Shown here: positions 1-13,348 of the stretch, piece after piece
How the letters are laid out: each line of letters opens with the position of its first letter
Numbering within the stretch: position 1 is the stretch's first letter
Made by a program: the position numbers and the translations under genes
NCBI GenBank assembly: GCA_951406725.2
Contig: OX597825.1
Span: 59,954,001-60,018,000, forward strand
Direction: 5' to 3'
Source of the DNA: Octopus vulgaris
Lineage: Eukaryota
DNA: 64,000 bases
The notes under the pieces: generated by a model
The model's input: only the letters and a program-made list of their open reading frames with translations
Databases searched by the model: none
Told to the model about the DNA's origin: nothing

Positions 1-48
1 CCATGCGTGGCGGTCGCTACTCCCATTGACATTAGTAAAACATACTGT

Positions 49-378
49 GGAGGCGCAATGGCCCAGTGGTTAGGGCAGCGGCCTCGCGGTCATAGGATCG
101 CGGTTTCGATTCCCAGACCGGGCGTTGTGAGTGTTTATTGAGCGAAAACACCTAAAGCTCCACGTGGCTCCGGCAGGGGATGGTGGTGATCCCTGCTGTA
201 CTCTTTCACCACAACTTTCTCTCACTCTTACTTCCTGTTTCTGTTGTACCTGTATTTCAAAGGGCCGGCTTTGTCACTCTCTGTGTCACGCTGAATATCC
301 CCGAGAACTACGTTAAGGGTACACGTGTCTGTGGAGTGCTCAGCCACTTACACGTTAATTTCACGAGCTGGCTGTTTT
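49..378 (+). mobile_element. tRNA-derived SINE, family A (3'-truncated copy)
   Basis: Head GGAGGCGCAATGGCCCAGTGGTTAGGGCA has an A-box (TGGCCCAGTGG) and B-box (GGTTTCGATTCC). Near-identical copies occur at 5870, 34454 (-) and 47518. Confidence 0.9.
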
Positions 379-830
379 GGAAAGTTCAAGCATATGTGTG
401 AGGTCGAGGTGGGCGGGAAACCTAGATGTTATATATGTGACTAAACCGATCATCGAAAAGCGTTCTGCCCCACTGCGGGAAGTCGAGAGAGTTGCCTCGC
501 TCTGCTCCACTATTCCTGTGCCAAATCCATTGCAATCCCAAATAGAAGACTCAAAATCCCAAATAGGAATGCGGTGCCTTTTCACGAACAAACAGAGGAA
601 CAGATACATAAAGAACCCAACGGAAATCCTACTAACCAGTCAGATATAGAAGGGGCCTCGCACAAAACAAAACCCCATAAAAAATGAGAGAGTGCGGATG
701 AAGATTATTACTCCTAACTTTCAAAGGTTTCTGGCACGAATTTTGAATAACCTCAAAAACGCTGTACCCAGTCTCGAAACCAAAACTGTGAGCCAACAAT
801 CGCAGCAGAAGTGGCAGCAGCAGCAACAAC
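379..830 (+). pseudogene. Decayed gag-like ORF1 of a non-LTR retrotransposon (L1/Tx1-like) with a CCHC zinc knuckle
   Basis: Reads GKFKHMCEVEVGGKPRCYICD*TDHRKAFCP, with CX2CX4HX4C at 427-468 containing an in-frame stop. The clade assignment is inferred from the G.P.C..C context. Confidence 0.5.
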
Positions 831-837
831 AATGTGA

Positions 838-1060
838 AGAGGAAGAAGGAGAATAATAATAATAATAATAATGAGAAGAATAAGAATAAGAAGAAGAATA
901 GGGGGAATAGGAAGAAGAAGAAGAAGAAGAAGAAGAAGAAGAAGAATAGGAGGAATAGGAAGAAGAAGTGTAGGAGAAATAGGAAGAAGAAGAAGAAGAA
1001 GAAGAAGAAGAAGAAGAAGAAGAAGAAGAAGAAGAAGAAGAAGAAGAAGAAGAAGAAGAA
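838..1060. repeat. (AAT)n/(GAA)n compound microsatellite
   Basis: Directly visible; source of the poly-K/R/F/L ORFs. Confidence 0.97.
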
Positions 1061-1360
1061 ATAAACTAGCTGCCGCAAAAGCAAAACCTGAAATAGCATT
1101 CTGAGCAACAGCGAGAGGCACAGCAGTATCAGCAACGGAAAGCCTACACGATAACAACCACATCAGCTACAAGAGACGGAACTGGTAAGACAGCATCTCT
1201 CAGACAAAGGCCCATCGAAATTGCCAGGCGCTCACTGCATTGTACCAGCGAGATGAAGCCATTAGCGAGAAAACAATTCAAGATTTCTATAGGGGCTTAC
1301 TAAAGGTATGAGGGACGATGACCTAGGATTGTCTCTGGATATATATATATATATATATAT

Positions 1361-1597
1361 GCCAGAGTAAACACATAAATGTGAAACAAGGTGAAAAAAA
1401 AGAGTACTCAAATACCAGTGGTAGAGTAATATGCTTTATTTTATAGCAGCAGAAAATTCAACAAAATCTGTTACTCTGAGTTTCTCGTTGCCGTTCATCA
1501 GACAGTTTATGTTAGATCTAACATAAACTGTCTGATGAACGGCAACGAGAAACTCAGAGTAACAGATTTTGTTGAATTTTCTGCTGCTTTAAATAAA

Positions 1598-1600
<3 letters not shown>
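1361..1600. mobile_element. Penelope-like pseudo-LTR remnant arranged as a palindrome, embedded in (TA)n
   Basis: Perfect inverted repeat 1445-1588 centred at 1516/1517, with a hammerhead core in each arm. A diverged relative lies at 33846-34008. Confidence 0.7.
1528..1565 (+). ncRNA. Minimal type I hammerhead ribozyme motif (mirror copy on - strand at 1468-1505)
   Basis: ctgt-CTGATGA-acg gcaa cga-GAAA-ctc a gag-TA-acag. Stem I is ctgt/acag, stem II has a GNRA loop with one mismatch, stem III is very short, and the cleavage triplet is GUA. Confidence 0.65.
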
Positions 1601-1642
<42 letters not shown>

Positions 1643-1747
1643 TTGTCCTATGTGCTGAGCCATCCTTTGTGCTATGCCCTCCTTTGTTTTTGTGCAGCCC
1701 TTGTGGCCAATAAAGAATTAATAATAATAATAATAATAATAGTAATA

Positions 1748-1780
<33 letters not shown>

Positions 1781-2626
1781 GTTATTATTATTATTATTAT
1801 TGTTGTTGTTGTTGTTGTTCTAATTTCTAACTGTATAGTTTTTTGCCGCATAGACTAAAGAAGATTAGGCGAAAACATACGGAAAATATTTCTTTCTCTC
1901 GCTCAAAGATATAACTAAAAATGATCTACGTGAATAATAAAACCCAAACAGAAAACAAAATAAAACAGAAACGATCGGTCTATCCTTTCTCTCCACGGGT
2001 AAAAATATTTAAACAAAATCTAGAATTTTTCCCCTCCTACCGCCTCTAATTGTTAATACGCTCCTGTTTTGACTAAAAGTAAATTCCGGAAAAGAATATT
2101 TCATTGAAACTCCTTGTAATTGAGTTTTAAATTCATTTCCAGGAGAATTTTATTCTTCACCATCGTAGAATTACTGCAACGAAATTGGTGAAATCTGCAA
2201 TATTAGCGCACTTAATGGTAAAATTGCATTTTGCTGATCGAATTAACAAACGTCTGCTGAAAATTGGATAAAGAAATGTGGCTAGAAGAAAGATGTGATT
2301 TCTCTAGATGCTCTGATATGGTTTTGTTAAATTCTTTTTTGTTTGTTTTAATTTGTGGTGTATTGCGGTCTTGAAATGTTGGTTTGTTCTTTGTTATTTT
2401 TCCATTTTTTTTTCTTTTTCTTGTTTCCAATTATAGTTTATTTATTTTTCATTATTTATTTATTTAATTATTTATTTATTTAATTACTTATTTATTTATT
2501 TATTCATTCATTTATTTATTGCGCCAGATACGAATCACCAGTTTCAGAAATAACACGATAACAAAAGAATTGCATGAAATCAATTAATAAAACTATAATA
2601 ACAATAAGTATTGTTTTTATTATTGT

Positions 2627-2674
<48 letters not shown>

Positions 2675-4129
2675 AACAACTACTACTACTGCTATAATTT
2701 TGCTTGCCGTTGTTGCTGTGATTGCATATTGGTATTACCATATCGTAATTATTGTGTATAGTTTTGCTTTTGTATATTTGCATAATTGCCAAGAAACTAA
2801 GTCTAAACAGTGAACCAAATGATATTGGTTAGATTCAGATACATTTTTCCTCTGCATGTCTATTAATTCTAAATTCTATTGATAAGTTGTAAACAGATGT
2901 ATATGCGCACATTTAATAAATATATAGTTAGATTCTCTCTGCAAATAGAATTTGTTTTTATAGACATACATATTTCTCTCTCTATCTACAGAACTAATCT
3001 AAACACAAACCAACTGGCCTCTTCAAAGAGGTTTATTCGCTTTACTGAGAGACTCGGAGAAATATTTATAGAAAAGGCGATGAATGACAGGTATGGATTT
3101 TAAAACATTCGTATCAATACGTATTAATTTCAGGTCTGAGATTCTCTAATCAGTTGTAATGAAACGCACATGCAATGGAAGGCAGCAACGAAAGAAGACA
3201 TTGCAGTTTCCTGTTATCTTTTACTGCCTTTTAACTACCAGCGACAGGCTGGTAGAATTCTTAGTATGCAGAACTTTAGTATGCTGTCTTTAGGTTCCGA
3301 TTTCAAATGCTGCCGAGGTCGACTTTTACTTTCATCCTTTCGGAGGTTTTTAAAAGAAGTACGAGGTAAATACTGGAGATGATTTAATCAACCTGGCTCC
3401 CACCCCAAAATTTCAGCCCTTCTTCATTTAATACAAAGGATTATGTATACTATCGTCTTACACTCCAACAAATAACGTATTCTACAAATGTTATCCACCT
3501 TTCACATTAAATGGTTATACTTCTGCTAATATTTTATGCTACAAATACTTTCTGCACTTCTTATTATCTATTTACACTTCGCTAAATTTTTGTTTTGTAA
3601 TATAAATTTTATTCTGAGTTCACATTATATTTTAACACGTATACAAGTTTTGCATTATAAACTTTATTCACACAACAACTTTAATCACCTTTCTTTGGAA
3701 CGAATTCAAAGGATAAGCCTTGAGATGCAAACGTTGTATAATTTCAAAGACAGGAAATAAGATAAAGTATAAGAGAAAACAAACGGATTAGAAGAGATGA
3801 CATGACTGGGCAAGAACGTGCAGGATATCAACAGTGTAAAAGGAAAGAAAGCCGATATGAAGAGAGAACATTCACGACTGCATCGAGAAGAGGGAGAAAG
3901 AGAAAGAGAAAGAGAGAGAAAGAAGGAGAGAGAGAGAAAGACAGAGGGCACTGAAATGAAATAATATAAATAAAGAACAGTAGGGAGAATTTCAGGATAA
4001 GGAACAAGAAAGGAATAGCGTACATCGAGTAAACATGAACCAAGATATAAGAAATGTTCAAGAAAGCAGATAACGTCAGAAGTGATTTTGTTGTTCTATG
4101 ATGCGCCATCACAATGAGCAAGTCGTCGT

Positions 4130-5640
4130 TGTGCCCTGATATCGACGAAATAAAGATAGTTGCTTCTGATTATGAAGCTCTGAGATACAGAAATAAACTT
4201 CTAATTTGGTACTTTAACGTTAAATTTCCACTTCATCACCTACTGCTTTATCATGATGAACACTAGACTACCCTTTGATGTGACAAACGAGAAAGCTAAA
4301 ATTTGAGGCAAAATATCTGAAATATGATTGTTTAGCATCCGTTGCTTCATTTAAAACAAATATTACTGTCTGAAGGATAGCGTTTTAGAATTTATGGATA
4401 TGCCATCTTTATTCTCTTCTATAACCGGAATATGATCGCCCAAAATATAAGCAACTAGATATCATTAATGATAATGAAGTTCTACTCTACATGACAGAAT
4501 CTTCTCAAAATTATTAAGAATGTTACGTAAACAATTATGATCTGTCAAAACGTTGAAATATATGTAAATGTTTTCTTTGGTAGAATTGTATAAACTGGCA
4601 AGTGCTTCCAGAGAAGACACAGTTTTCTGTCAAGAAGAAACCGGTGTTTATAGTTGAAAGTCAATCCCAAACAGCAGTACAGAAGAAAACAGAATGAATC
4701 ATAAGTTATCCAAGAAAGGAGCAACCAACAATGATTTCATTTGTCTTTTCAACTTGTTACCAAATGTGAACTTTGATGGCTCAAGAATAGGAAAAACGTA
4801 GAAGAATGCAAATCCCTGTTCGAAATGAGATGAATATCAAAGTGTTCTGCTGTTAAATTCTTGCATTTAAAGGTGGCTTCACTGTCAATTACAAAGAAGT
4901 AAGCCATGTCAGCAAAAATATTTAAAGTACATATTGAAAGGTTTATTTTTTATTAATGTAAAAATCAACCAATCATCGTTACTGTTTGAAACGTCCAATG
5001 GATTGATGGATCACGTTACACTTAGAGAAGACAAGAACTTATCACCGGATATAACTGTTCTAGTTCCTTCTTTATTTATTTGAAATACCCTAACATACAT
5101 CTATACATGCAAGATGATGTTGCTATAGAATCGATGTACAATAATCCTGACTTTTTCCCCAACGTATACACGGAGATTGATCATAAATTTTAAATGGTAT
5201 AAATAAAGAAGCAAAACTGAAAAATCAACCAGGCTGTATAAATTGTTTGGGATGAACTAACCCAAGGTTATCGAATTACTGAATGATTTAAAGTCTCAGT
5301 TGCACAGGAATACGTAATATCATTTTACAAAAGTAGTTTTTTCTCATTGCCATATGTCTATCATTTTTTGAGAGGAGGATAAAATAAGAAATCGAAATAA
5401 TGTCGGGAGATTTAGCTCAGCCGAAATTCCGGCACAAAGCATAGGGAGCTGATTGAAATTGTGAATAAATGATTTTGATTGACCATCCCTGTGGTGCTGA
5501 CAATCTTAATCTCCTTGCAGGGAAAGTAGATCATGTCAAGAGAAATGTCCCTAAAGATCCTGATAAGAAGGTTTTTTTTTTTGAAAAAATGTAAACGGAT
5601 ATGCTGAATATTGCCGGCATTATGGTGAAGTTAGGGTACA
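4130..5640 (+). pseudogene. Highly decayed piggyBac-like transposase relic
   Basis: Fragmentary motifs lie in the expected order: ..V.FD (~4770), LAFKG..Q..SKP (~4860-4910; cf. piggyBac LVAFRG..QYIPSKP) and a Cys-containing C-terminal patch (~5530). Many stops and frameshifts; boundaries are approximate. Confidence 0.3.
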
Positions 5641-5869
5641 AATTAATCAGTTTTTCATTATTAATCAGTATCTAGTGGTGTTCTCCAGCGAAAAGATAGA
5701 GCGAGGTATAATTAGATGGAGAGAAGATATATGGAAGCTTAGCTGCAAAGGGAGATGGAATAAGTAAATGAACAAATCGCTGAATATATACGTAAATAAA
5801 TAAGTATATATATATAGGAATATATATGTACCTGCAAGTGTGTGTATGTATATATATACATAATCACAG

Positions 5870-6207
5870 TGGAGGCGCAATGGCCCAGTGGTTAGGGCAG
5901 CGGACTCGCGGTCATAGGATTGCGGTTTCGATTCCCAGACCGGGTGTTGTGAGTGTTTATTGAGCGAAAACACCTATAGCTCCACGAGGCTCCGGCAGGG
6001 GATGGTGGTGATCCCGGCTGTACTCTTTCACCACAACTTTCTCTCACTCTTACTTCCTGTTTCTGTTGTACCTGTATTTCAAAGGGCCGGCTTTGTCACT
6101 CTCTGTGTCACGCTGAATATCCCCGAGAACTACGTTAAGGGTACGCGTGTCTGTGGAGTGCTCAGCTACTTACACGTTAATTTCACGAGCAGGCTGTTCC
6201 GTTGATT
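5870..6207 (+). mobile_element. tRNA-derived SINE, family A (3'-truncated copy)
   Basis: Almost identical to 49-378. Confidence 0.9.
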
Positions 6208-6810
6208 CCATACATAATCACAAGCTAATTTTATCTAGTATCGGTCTTCTACTCACTGTAAGTTTAAAGAGAAAATTTTCTATGTATACACAGAGTTGAG
6301 GCATTGGTGTAATCATGACGTTCTGGTTGGTCTAGGAACTAAATTACTTTATCTGCTCTGATTTATAAATGTAGAATTATATTGTATAATGCTAAGTATA
6401 ACTGTAGATATATAAATCTATTATACATTGAATTTATTGTTCCATGATAATGGCAGCAAAACGGCCGTAATCCTAAGGAGTAGAAGTGGTTACATAAATA
6501 TATTAACCTACTATATCTCCTGATTTAATGGTTTATATAATCCTCAAGAGAAAATCAAATCGATCGGATCTCCTGGATTTTAGCTGTATAGAACTCTACG
6601 TAATACCACTCCGTGTTCGATTACTATCTGGTCTGGTAACCGTGTCCGCTAGAAGATCTTTCTCTGTTAGCTACACGATTCTATGAATTCATTTAATATA
6701 CTACACACACAGACAGACAGATACAGACACACACACTCACTCAGGCACACACATGAACATACACGCACACACATACATTTATACATACCTACATACATAC
6801 AAATATACAA

Positions 6811-6843
<33 letters not shown>

Positions 6844-7359
6844 CAAATACATATACACACATATATACATACATATATATGCAATTACATACATATATAT
6901 GCAATTACATACATATACATATATAGATATATACTTATACATATACACACAAATATACACTGCGGCTTTGAGTTAGCTTAACTCATATCTTTACCTAAAG
7001 CGGTGCTAGTCAGGACCCTCTGTTTCTTTTGTGACCTCCATTGATTTTACTTTCATTTTCTAATTGCTAATAAGCCATCCTTTTTAATTTGTTGTTTACA
7101 CTTTTACCCTTTTGGAAATTAGCACATGTTGTCAATGGTTTTTCTTATAGCACTGACTGAGGCAGTTGAGTTTAGCGTTAACAGCCGCTGATGAGGATTA
7201 AGATGATCTACATCGCGAACCATCTAACAGTGATGGCAACATTATGACTCTTCCTACGCGGCCTCAGAGTCAACACTAGGGTCTACATCAATGCCCGGAG
7301 GAGTGAGTGCTTATGTGACCTGTATTAATTTTGCCTTTAGGTTTTAATTGCTAATAAGC

Positions 7360-7403
<44 letters not shown>

Positions 7404-7601
7404 ACTATTGGAGGTTCCGGTGCGAATGCTCGGCAGTAGAGCATATCGTTTCCAGATTCCTAGCAGAGTGAATTACGTCATGATGCTGTTTTTCTTACGG
7501 TGCTCAGCTGACCCTACTATGCTGTGTAGTCGAGGAAATCAAAAACAGTGCGCCTGCGCGAAATTAAAAATATAAAATGGCGACAATTTACCCATGACAC
7601 C

Positions 7602-7662
<61 letters not shown>

Positions 7663-7664
<2 letters not shown>

Positions 7665-8021
7665 CGCTGGTGTGACTGTGTGGTAAGTAGCTTGCTTACC
7701 AACCACATGGTTCCGGGTTCAGTCTCACTGCGTGGCACCTTGGGCAAATGTCTTCTACTATAGCCTCGGGTCGGCCAAAGCCTTGTGAGTGGATTTGGTA
7801 TATATGTATATATATATGTGTGTGTCTTTGTGTGTCTGTGTTTGTCCCCACAACATCGCTTGACGACCGATGCTGGTGTGTTTACGTCCCCGTAACGTAG
7901 CGGTTCTGCAAAAAAGAATGTACTAGGTTTTCAAAAAACAAGTCCTGGGGTCGATTAGCCCGACTAAAGGCGGTGCTCCAGCATGGGCACACTCAAATGA
8001 ATGAAGCAAGTAAAAGAGTAA
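7663..8021 (+). mobile_element. tRNA-derived CORE-like SINE, family B
   Basis: tRNA-like head (B-box GGGTTCAGTC) followed by the CORE-like GTGGCACCTTGGGCAAATGTCTTCTACTATAGCCTCGGG, an internal TA/TG repeat and a shared 3' tail. Other copies lie at 17233, 31068 and 41425. Confidence 0.85.
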
Positions 8022-8097
8022 TAGAGTACATTATTGATGTGCCTGGGGACAAAAAAAAAGTCTTGCAAATCAAATACAAAAATGAAATATATATATA

Positions 8098-9560
8098 CAG
8101 TATCTCACAGAAGTATGTACACACCAGAACTATTTCAATAAAATATCTATTACTCGGATAATGTCGAAGGAAATCAAACGAAATCTATACTAAGTAGAAT
8201 ATATACATGCAAACATTATACAATTTTGGAACGCAATCAATAAATATTTTTAAAGTTATGAACGGAATATTAATTTTCAAGCGTTAAAAAATATGTACTT
8301 CTTAAAGGAAATTTGCTATTTTCAATATTTTATCCTCTTTTTTTCTTTAGTAAATTGAGATATTGCTGATAATTTCAGTTCTAGTAAATTATTTCTTCTA
8401 GCATTTTTGCACTGGACATTCTTATTGCATCTGCAGGAATTCTGATTTGTGTACCATGGTGAAAATCTTCTTCACTGTGATTAAAATGGCACCAAAGGAA
8501 AAGAACTGTCCGAAGATTTGAAGAAAAGTACTTTTAGTTTGCACAAGAATGGATTAGGATACAAGTTAATTAGCAAACGAATACATATTAGCGTAAACAC
8601 AGTTGCCAAAGTAATTCAGAAGTACAAAGCTACTGGACAGCTAAGCAATAAACATCGTCCAGATCATACTTCTATTTTAACTGTGCATGGCATGATGGAC
8701 GACAGGCATCGTACCGCGCCATATTTGGCTAAACAAGTGTCTTCTGTTAGTGGAAAGAATGTATGCGCCCAACAGTTCGCCGAAGTTTGAACCAGTGTTG
8801 TCTTCATCGACGCATTAATGAAGTCATTAATGAAGTCATCTTTTTTTTGACGAAGCCTATGTAAGTAAGGGGAAGAAGTTTTGGAATAAAATTCTATTTT
8901 CTGGCGAGACTAAAATCAATTTCTTTGGGTCAGATGAAAATTACACGTCTATGGCGACGGCCAGGTAAAGATAATAGCGAGAAATGCACCGTGCCTACCG
9001 GGAAACACAGCGGCGGAAATGTTATGCCTTGGGATGCATGATTGTGGCTAGTGGGGGAGGACTCACATTTATCGAGAGATCAATGGATTCAAAGCTTTAT
9101 TTTGACATATTGCAGAAAAACAATCAGGGCACTAGGAAGGCATTCTATGTTTCAACATGGAATGCCTTCCTAGTGCCCTAAACACACTTTATTAGATAAG
9201 TTTTTATCGGATAAAATGTAAAGGTATTACCTTGGCCTACCATGTCACCAGATTTAAATCCAATTGAACATCTGTGGTGTGTTTTGAAAAGCAAGATTGA
9301 AGGGCAAAAACATTTCAATGTAACACAGTTTGAAAAACATCATTTCGGATGAATGAAGGTTAATTTCATTGGTTATATGAGGAAATTTACTCGACTTTAT
9401 GCCCAGAAGACTTAATGCAGTCATTGAAAGCAAGGGCGGCCACACGAAATATTGAATATAGTTAATAATCCTTTAGGGTGCATCTAGTTTTGTATTGTTT
9501 GAACATTAATATTTCGTTCATATCTTTGAATATATTTATTGCTTTGAGTTGCAAGTTTGT
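8098..9560 (+). mobile_element. Tc1-family DNA transposon, inactive
   Basis: TA plus CAGTATCTCACAG TIR-like start at 8098, followed by a transposase pseudogene. The right end is lost in (TA)n. Confidence 0.8.
8486..9455 (+). pseudogene. Tc1 (DD34E) transposase pseudogene
   Basis: Across frameshifts: HTH region KELSEDLKK..GLGYKLISKR..SVNTVAKVIQKYK, then FWNKILFSGETKIN, KHSGGNVM.W, WPTMSPDLNPIEHLW and MPRRLNAVIESKGGHTKY*. Confidence 0.92.
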
Positions 9561-9565
9561 ATAAT

Positions 9566-9570
9566 ATCTA

Positions 9571-9651
<81 letters not shown>

Positions 9652-9807
9652 AAATGTATGTATATATGTATGCATGCATGTATTCATATAATTATATATA
9701 TATATATATGTATATATATACACACATATATATATATTTATATATATACATATGTATATATATGTATATATATATGTATATATATTATATATATATATTA
9801 TATATAT

Positions 9808-9850
<43 letters not shown>

Positions 9851-9988
9851 TGCAAACGTATGCGCACGAATCCATACAGCAACACGTATAAGGATGCACA
9901 CATACACACACACACTCATGCACAGAGTCACAGATATAGATGCACATATATATGTGTATGTATTTGTATATATTCATACATACATACA

Positions 9989-10069
<81 letters not shown>

Positions 10070-10102
10070 TAGTACCTCGGTTTTCGAACGACTCTGATCG
10101 TG

Positions 10103-10135
<33 letters not shown>
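9566..10135. repeat. Large (TA)n/(CATA)n microsatellite block
   Basis: Directly visible. Similar blocks lie at ~6680-6960, 10860-11060, 22150-22345, 32420-32700, 33650-34205, 35120-36180, 44515-44750 and 45880-46060. Confidence 0.97.
10067..10103 (+). mobile_element. Solo pogo/Tigger-like TIR fragment
   Basis: TA|CAGTAGTACCTCGGTTTTCGAACGACTCTGATC; a related copy lies at ~16147-16185. Confidence 0.5.
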
Positions 10136-10137
<2 letters not shown>

Positions 10138-10706
10138 CTGAAACACAGGTGTACAAAGTACACTCACAACCCCTAAAAGCACAGGGGTACACGCACATAC
10201 ACATAGACAGACTTGCGTGCGCATATATTGATATAGAGATAGGTAAATACACACATAAATATGCACACGAACTCACATATAAATGCACAAGAACTGATAA
10301 CTATAACTTACTCATGCGCATATATACAAAAGCCTGCACATACGAAGACAAGTGCACATCTTTGAAACAATGTGATAAAACTGAATTGAATATTGGATGT
10401 ATGTCAATATCCTGCTCCACACACATAGCTAACTTCTTTGATTAGCATCTTTATAATTTCCTCTTAGCATATTCCTCAAGTGATATTACTGATGCTTTTG
10501 CACTTAATGTGGTTGTTAAAATGACGATTATGACAATAGCAACAGCAGTAACAACAACTACAACAACAACATCATCATTACCACCATCATCATCATACTC
10601 ATCATGATCAAGAGTATCATCATCGTCGTCGTCGTTATCACCTTCAACAACATTAGCAACGATAATAATAATATAAAGGTAACCGGAACATTCATTATTA
10701 TTGTTC

Positions 10707-10744
<38 letters not shown>

Positions 10745-10939
10745 GATTATGATTGAGAGGTTACCGAGTTCTCTTATAAGCCTTCGTTTTCATATGTATT
10801 AGAGATCAGTCATTATATATAAAAGGCGGTATTCCGACAAATTTATCGGTGCATATATTCGTCTCCATACCTGTGTGTGTATATATTTGTACATACTTAT
10901 GTACGTACATATGTACCTATATATGTATATATATATACA

Positions 10940-10989
<50 letters not shown>

Positions 10990-11301
10990 AATAATACGTA
11001 TATATGCATATATAGATATGTATACGTATATACTTACATGTATATGTATATACATATGCATAATTGGGCACAGGACGTCACAAAACGTAAATAACAAAAA
11101 ATACGAAGTACGAGGACATGGAATATGAACTTTTTTTGCGAACAACGAAAGAATCAAATGGAAAACATACAAACAACATTAAGAACGACCCTTCATCAGT
11201 TGTCGACTGTTTTTCTAATCCGTATTTCGAGCAATTAATTTATTCAAAAACAAAAGACGAGCATGTGTATTAGCTTGACGCTCGGGTAAAAATGAAAAAG
11301 A

Positions 11302-11336
11302 CTTTTACGTTTCGAGTTTATGCTCTTCAACAGAAA
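11302..11336 (-). ncRNA. Degenerate minimal hammerhead-like motif in a probable PLE remnant
   Basis: Minus strand reads ttt-CTGTTGA-a-gagc ata aactc-GAAA-cg-TA-aaag. The core has CUGUUGA instead of CUGANGA. Confidence 0.4.
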
Positions 11337-12509
11337 TGGATAAGAGGAAATAAACAGAGAGAGAATGAAAATAACATGTAGAGTTCAGCGGTCCGTGTGT
11401 GTTTTTGCATATACTGGTTGAACTAGATTACCAAGTATACAATGGTTTTATACTATACGACTTGGGTCAGTTGTAAACAAGGAAGAAATATTTCCTGAAA
11501 GGACGATTGTTTAAATTACACTTGGGTAGTTTAGAAATTGTTATATGATCACTGGTTTTGATAAATGCATCGAAGTACTGTGATATTTGTTTTACAGAGA
11601 AACTTCATAAACAAAGGAAATGAGCTTATTTCTCCCTGCTGACACATAACTCAGTTACACCTTATTAACTTTAAACTAAACACAGAATCTCTGAACATAT
11701 AATGAAGGATACTGGACGCCTAGATACAACATATTCAGTGCAATTTAAACAATTATGTCAATATAAGTGAAGGCAACCTATATTTTTTTGTTTTGTACGG
11801 ACGTTCAGCAAATCTCGTCGAACAAAACCGTATCCTGGATATATGGTCCTATTGACGACAGTCACTATGTGAAAAATATATCTGACTTGAGCATGTTCGT
11901 GTCCCTCTATCACAGCTCAAACAAAATATAATTATAAATGCACTTATATACATAAACTGTCGGTCAATTTACTCATCTGCCTATCTTTCTCCCTTCGGCC
12001 TCTCTTAAATAAACACAGAAAATCACACATTCACGCACAAACAGGCACGTACTCGTAGACATACGCGGGCACACACGTACACTTTTGCATATTTCGGTAT
12101 TTTATCCAAAAGACAAATCACATGACTCACGTATGTGTATCCAAACTGAAACAATTCCATTATAGAAAAGTCATTTTAGCCATTTCAGAGAATATTAGTA
12201 AGCATTCTATTCAATTTTCCTTTTTTTCATAATACTGTACTCTATTATGAAATTTCGTCGCTCTTCTATGACCGATAATACGTTGTCACTGCATCTGTCG
12301 AAAATAAGTTGCTGGATACTTATAAGCCTCTGGAATATTCTTGCGTTCTGGTTTTTTATCATTCCTTCTCTCTTTTTATTAAGAAGCTCCTTTTTCATTT
12401 GTTTCCATCCTTGGGCTATTCAAAATTTTGTCAAATTAATGTCGCAGGTTATTCTACTATATTTTGGTTAGTTGTCCTTTCGTGTGTGCATATACATACA
12501 TATTCGATT

Positions 12510-12686
12510 TCAGTTGAGTACTGGTATCGATTTCATCGATACCAGTACTCAACTGATACTTATTTTATCGACCTTCAGGAAAGGATAGAAGGAAAATTCG
12601 GCCTTGCCGGAATTTTAAATCAGAATGTAAAGACAGACTAAATAGCGCTAAGAATTCTGCCAGGCGTTCTAACGGTTCTGCCAGCT
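12510..12686 (-). mobile_element. tRNA-headed SINE family C (Meta/MESC-like body)
   Basis: Matches the consensus GAGCTGGCAGAA..GTTCTGAGTTCAAATTCCGCCGAGGTCGACTTTGCCTTTCATCCTTTCGGGGTCGATAAAATAAGTACCAG. Further diverged copies lie at ~3241(+), 13350(-), 13893(-), 16676(-), 20854(+), 37410(+), 42967(+), 53846(+) and 55805(+). Confidence 0.8.
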
Positions 12687-12725
12687 TAACACTTTAATGA
12701 TGATGATGATGAAAATAATAATAAC

Positions 12726-12776
<51 letters not shown>

Positions 12777-13291
12777 CAGGCAGTGGTTCTCGTGGCTTCT
12801 GATCTTGAATGATTGGAAGCGTTATCATGTACATTGTTTTGTCTTGGTATAAAAGAAGGGTTACAGCAAATATTCTGTTCAATACCACAGATTTACTTGT
12901 CAGTTGTTTGACCTTTACCAGGTTACCATGTCCCTTAGTAGCTGACGATATGTGTATCTCTGTCCACGAGCAGAAGTAGGGGGGAGCATCACAGGCATGT
13001 GTTGAGAGGTATTCTTCGGGGTTTGAATAATTCACCTCTGGAAACATGGGTGCTTCGTTCAACATCCTTAAACAACCCTTATACAGGGACCTTTTGAGCG
13101 GGATGGGTTACTCGGCCAGAAGAAAATTCTAACTGGGCACCACCTGCAAGGTCATGTGCTGTTTATCTTGATATGGTTGGAATGCATGTGCCTGGTGTAC
13201 CCTTACCAGACGGGTAGTTATGATGGGTGTACTGGGCTTCGTATAATTTTAACCCAGTTTCACTTTGATGACATGCACTGATCTCTAACTC
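12777..13291 (+). mobile_element. ~520-bp non-coding interspersed repeat (family D) inserted in (AAT)n
   Basis: Flanked on both sides by (AAT)n. Homologous to 23565-24118 (-) and 48732-49240 (+). Confidence 0.85.

Positions 13292-13348
<57 letters not shown>

Noticed and set aside
632-1163. Long ORFs rich in K/R/F/L, and similar YIYI, HTHT, poly-I/N and poly-S ORFs throughout the window
   Set aside because: They are translations of microsatellites with no coding evidence.
7185-7230. CTGATGA motif as a hammerhead
   Set aside because: No properly placed GAAA and no convincing stems.
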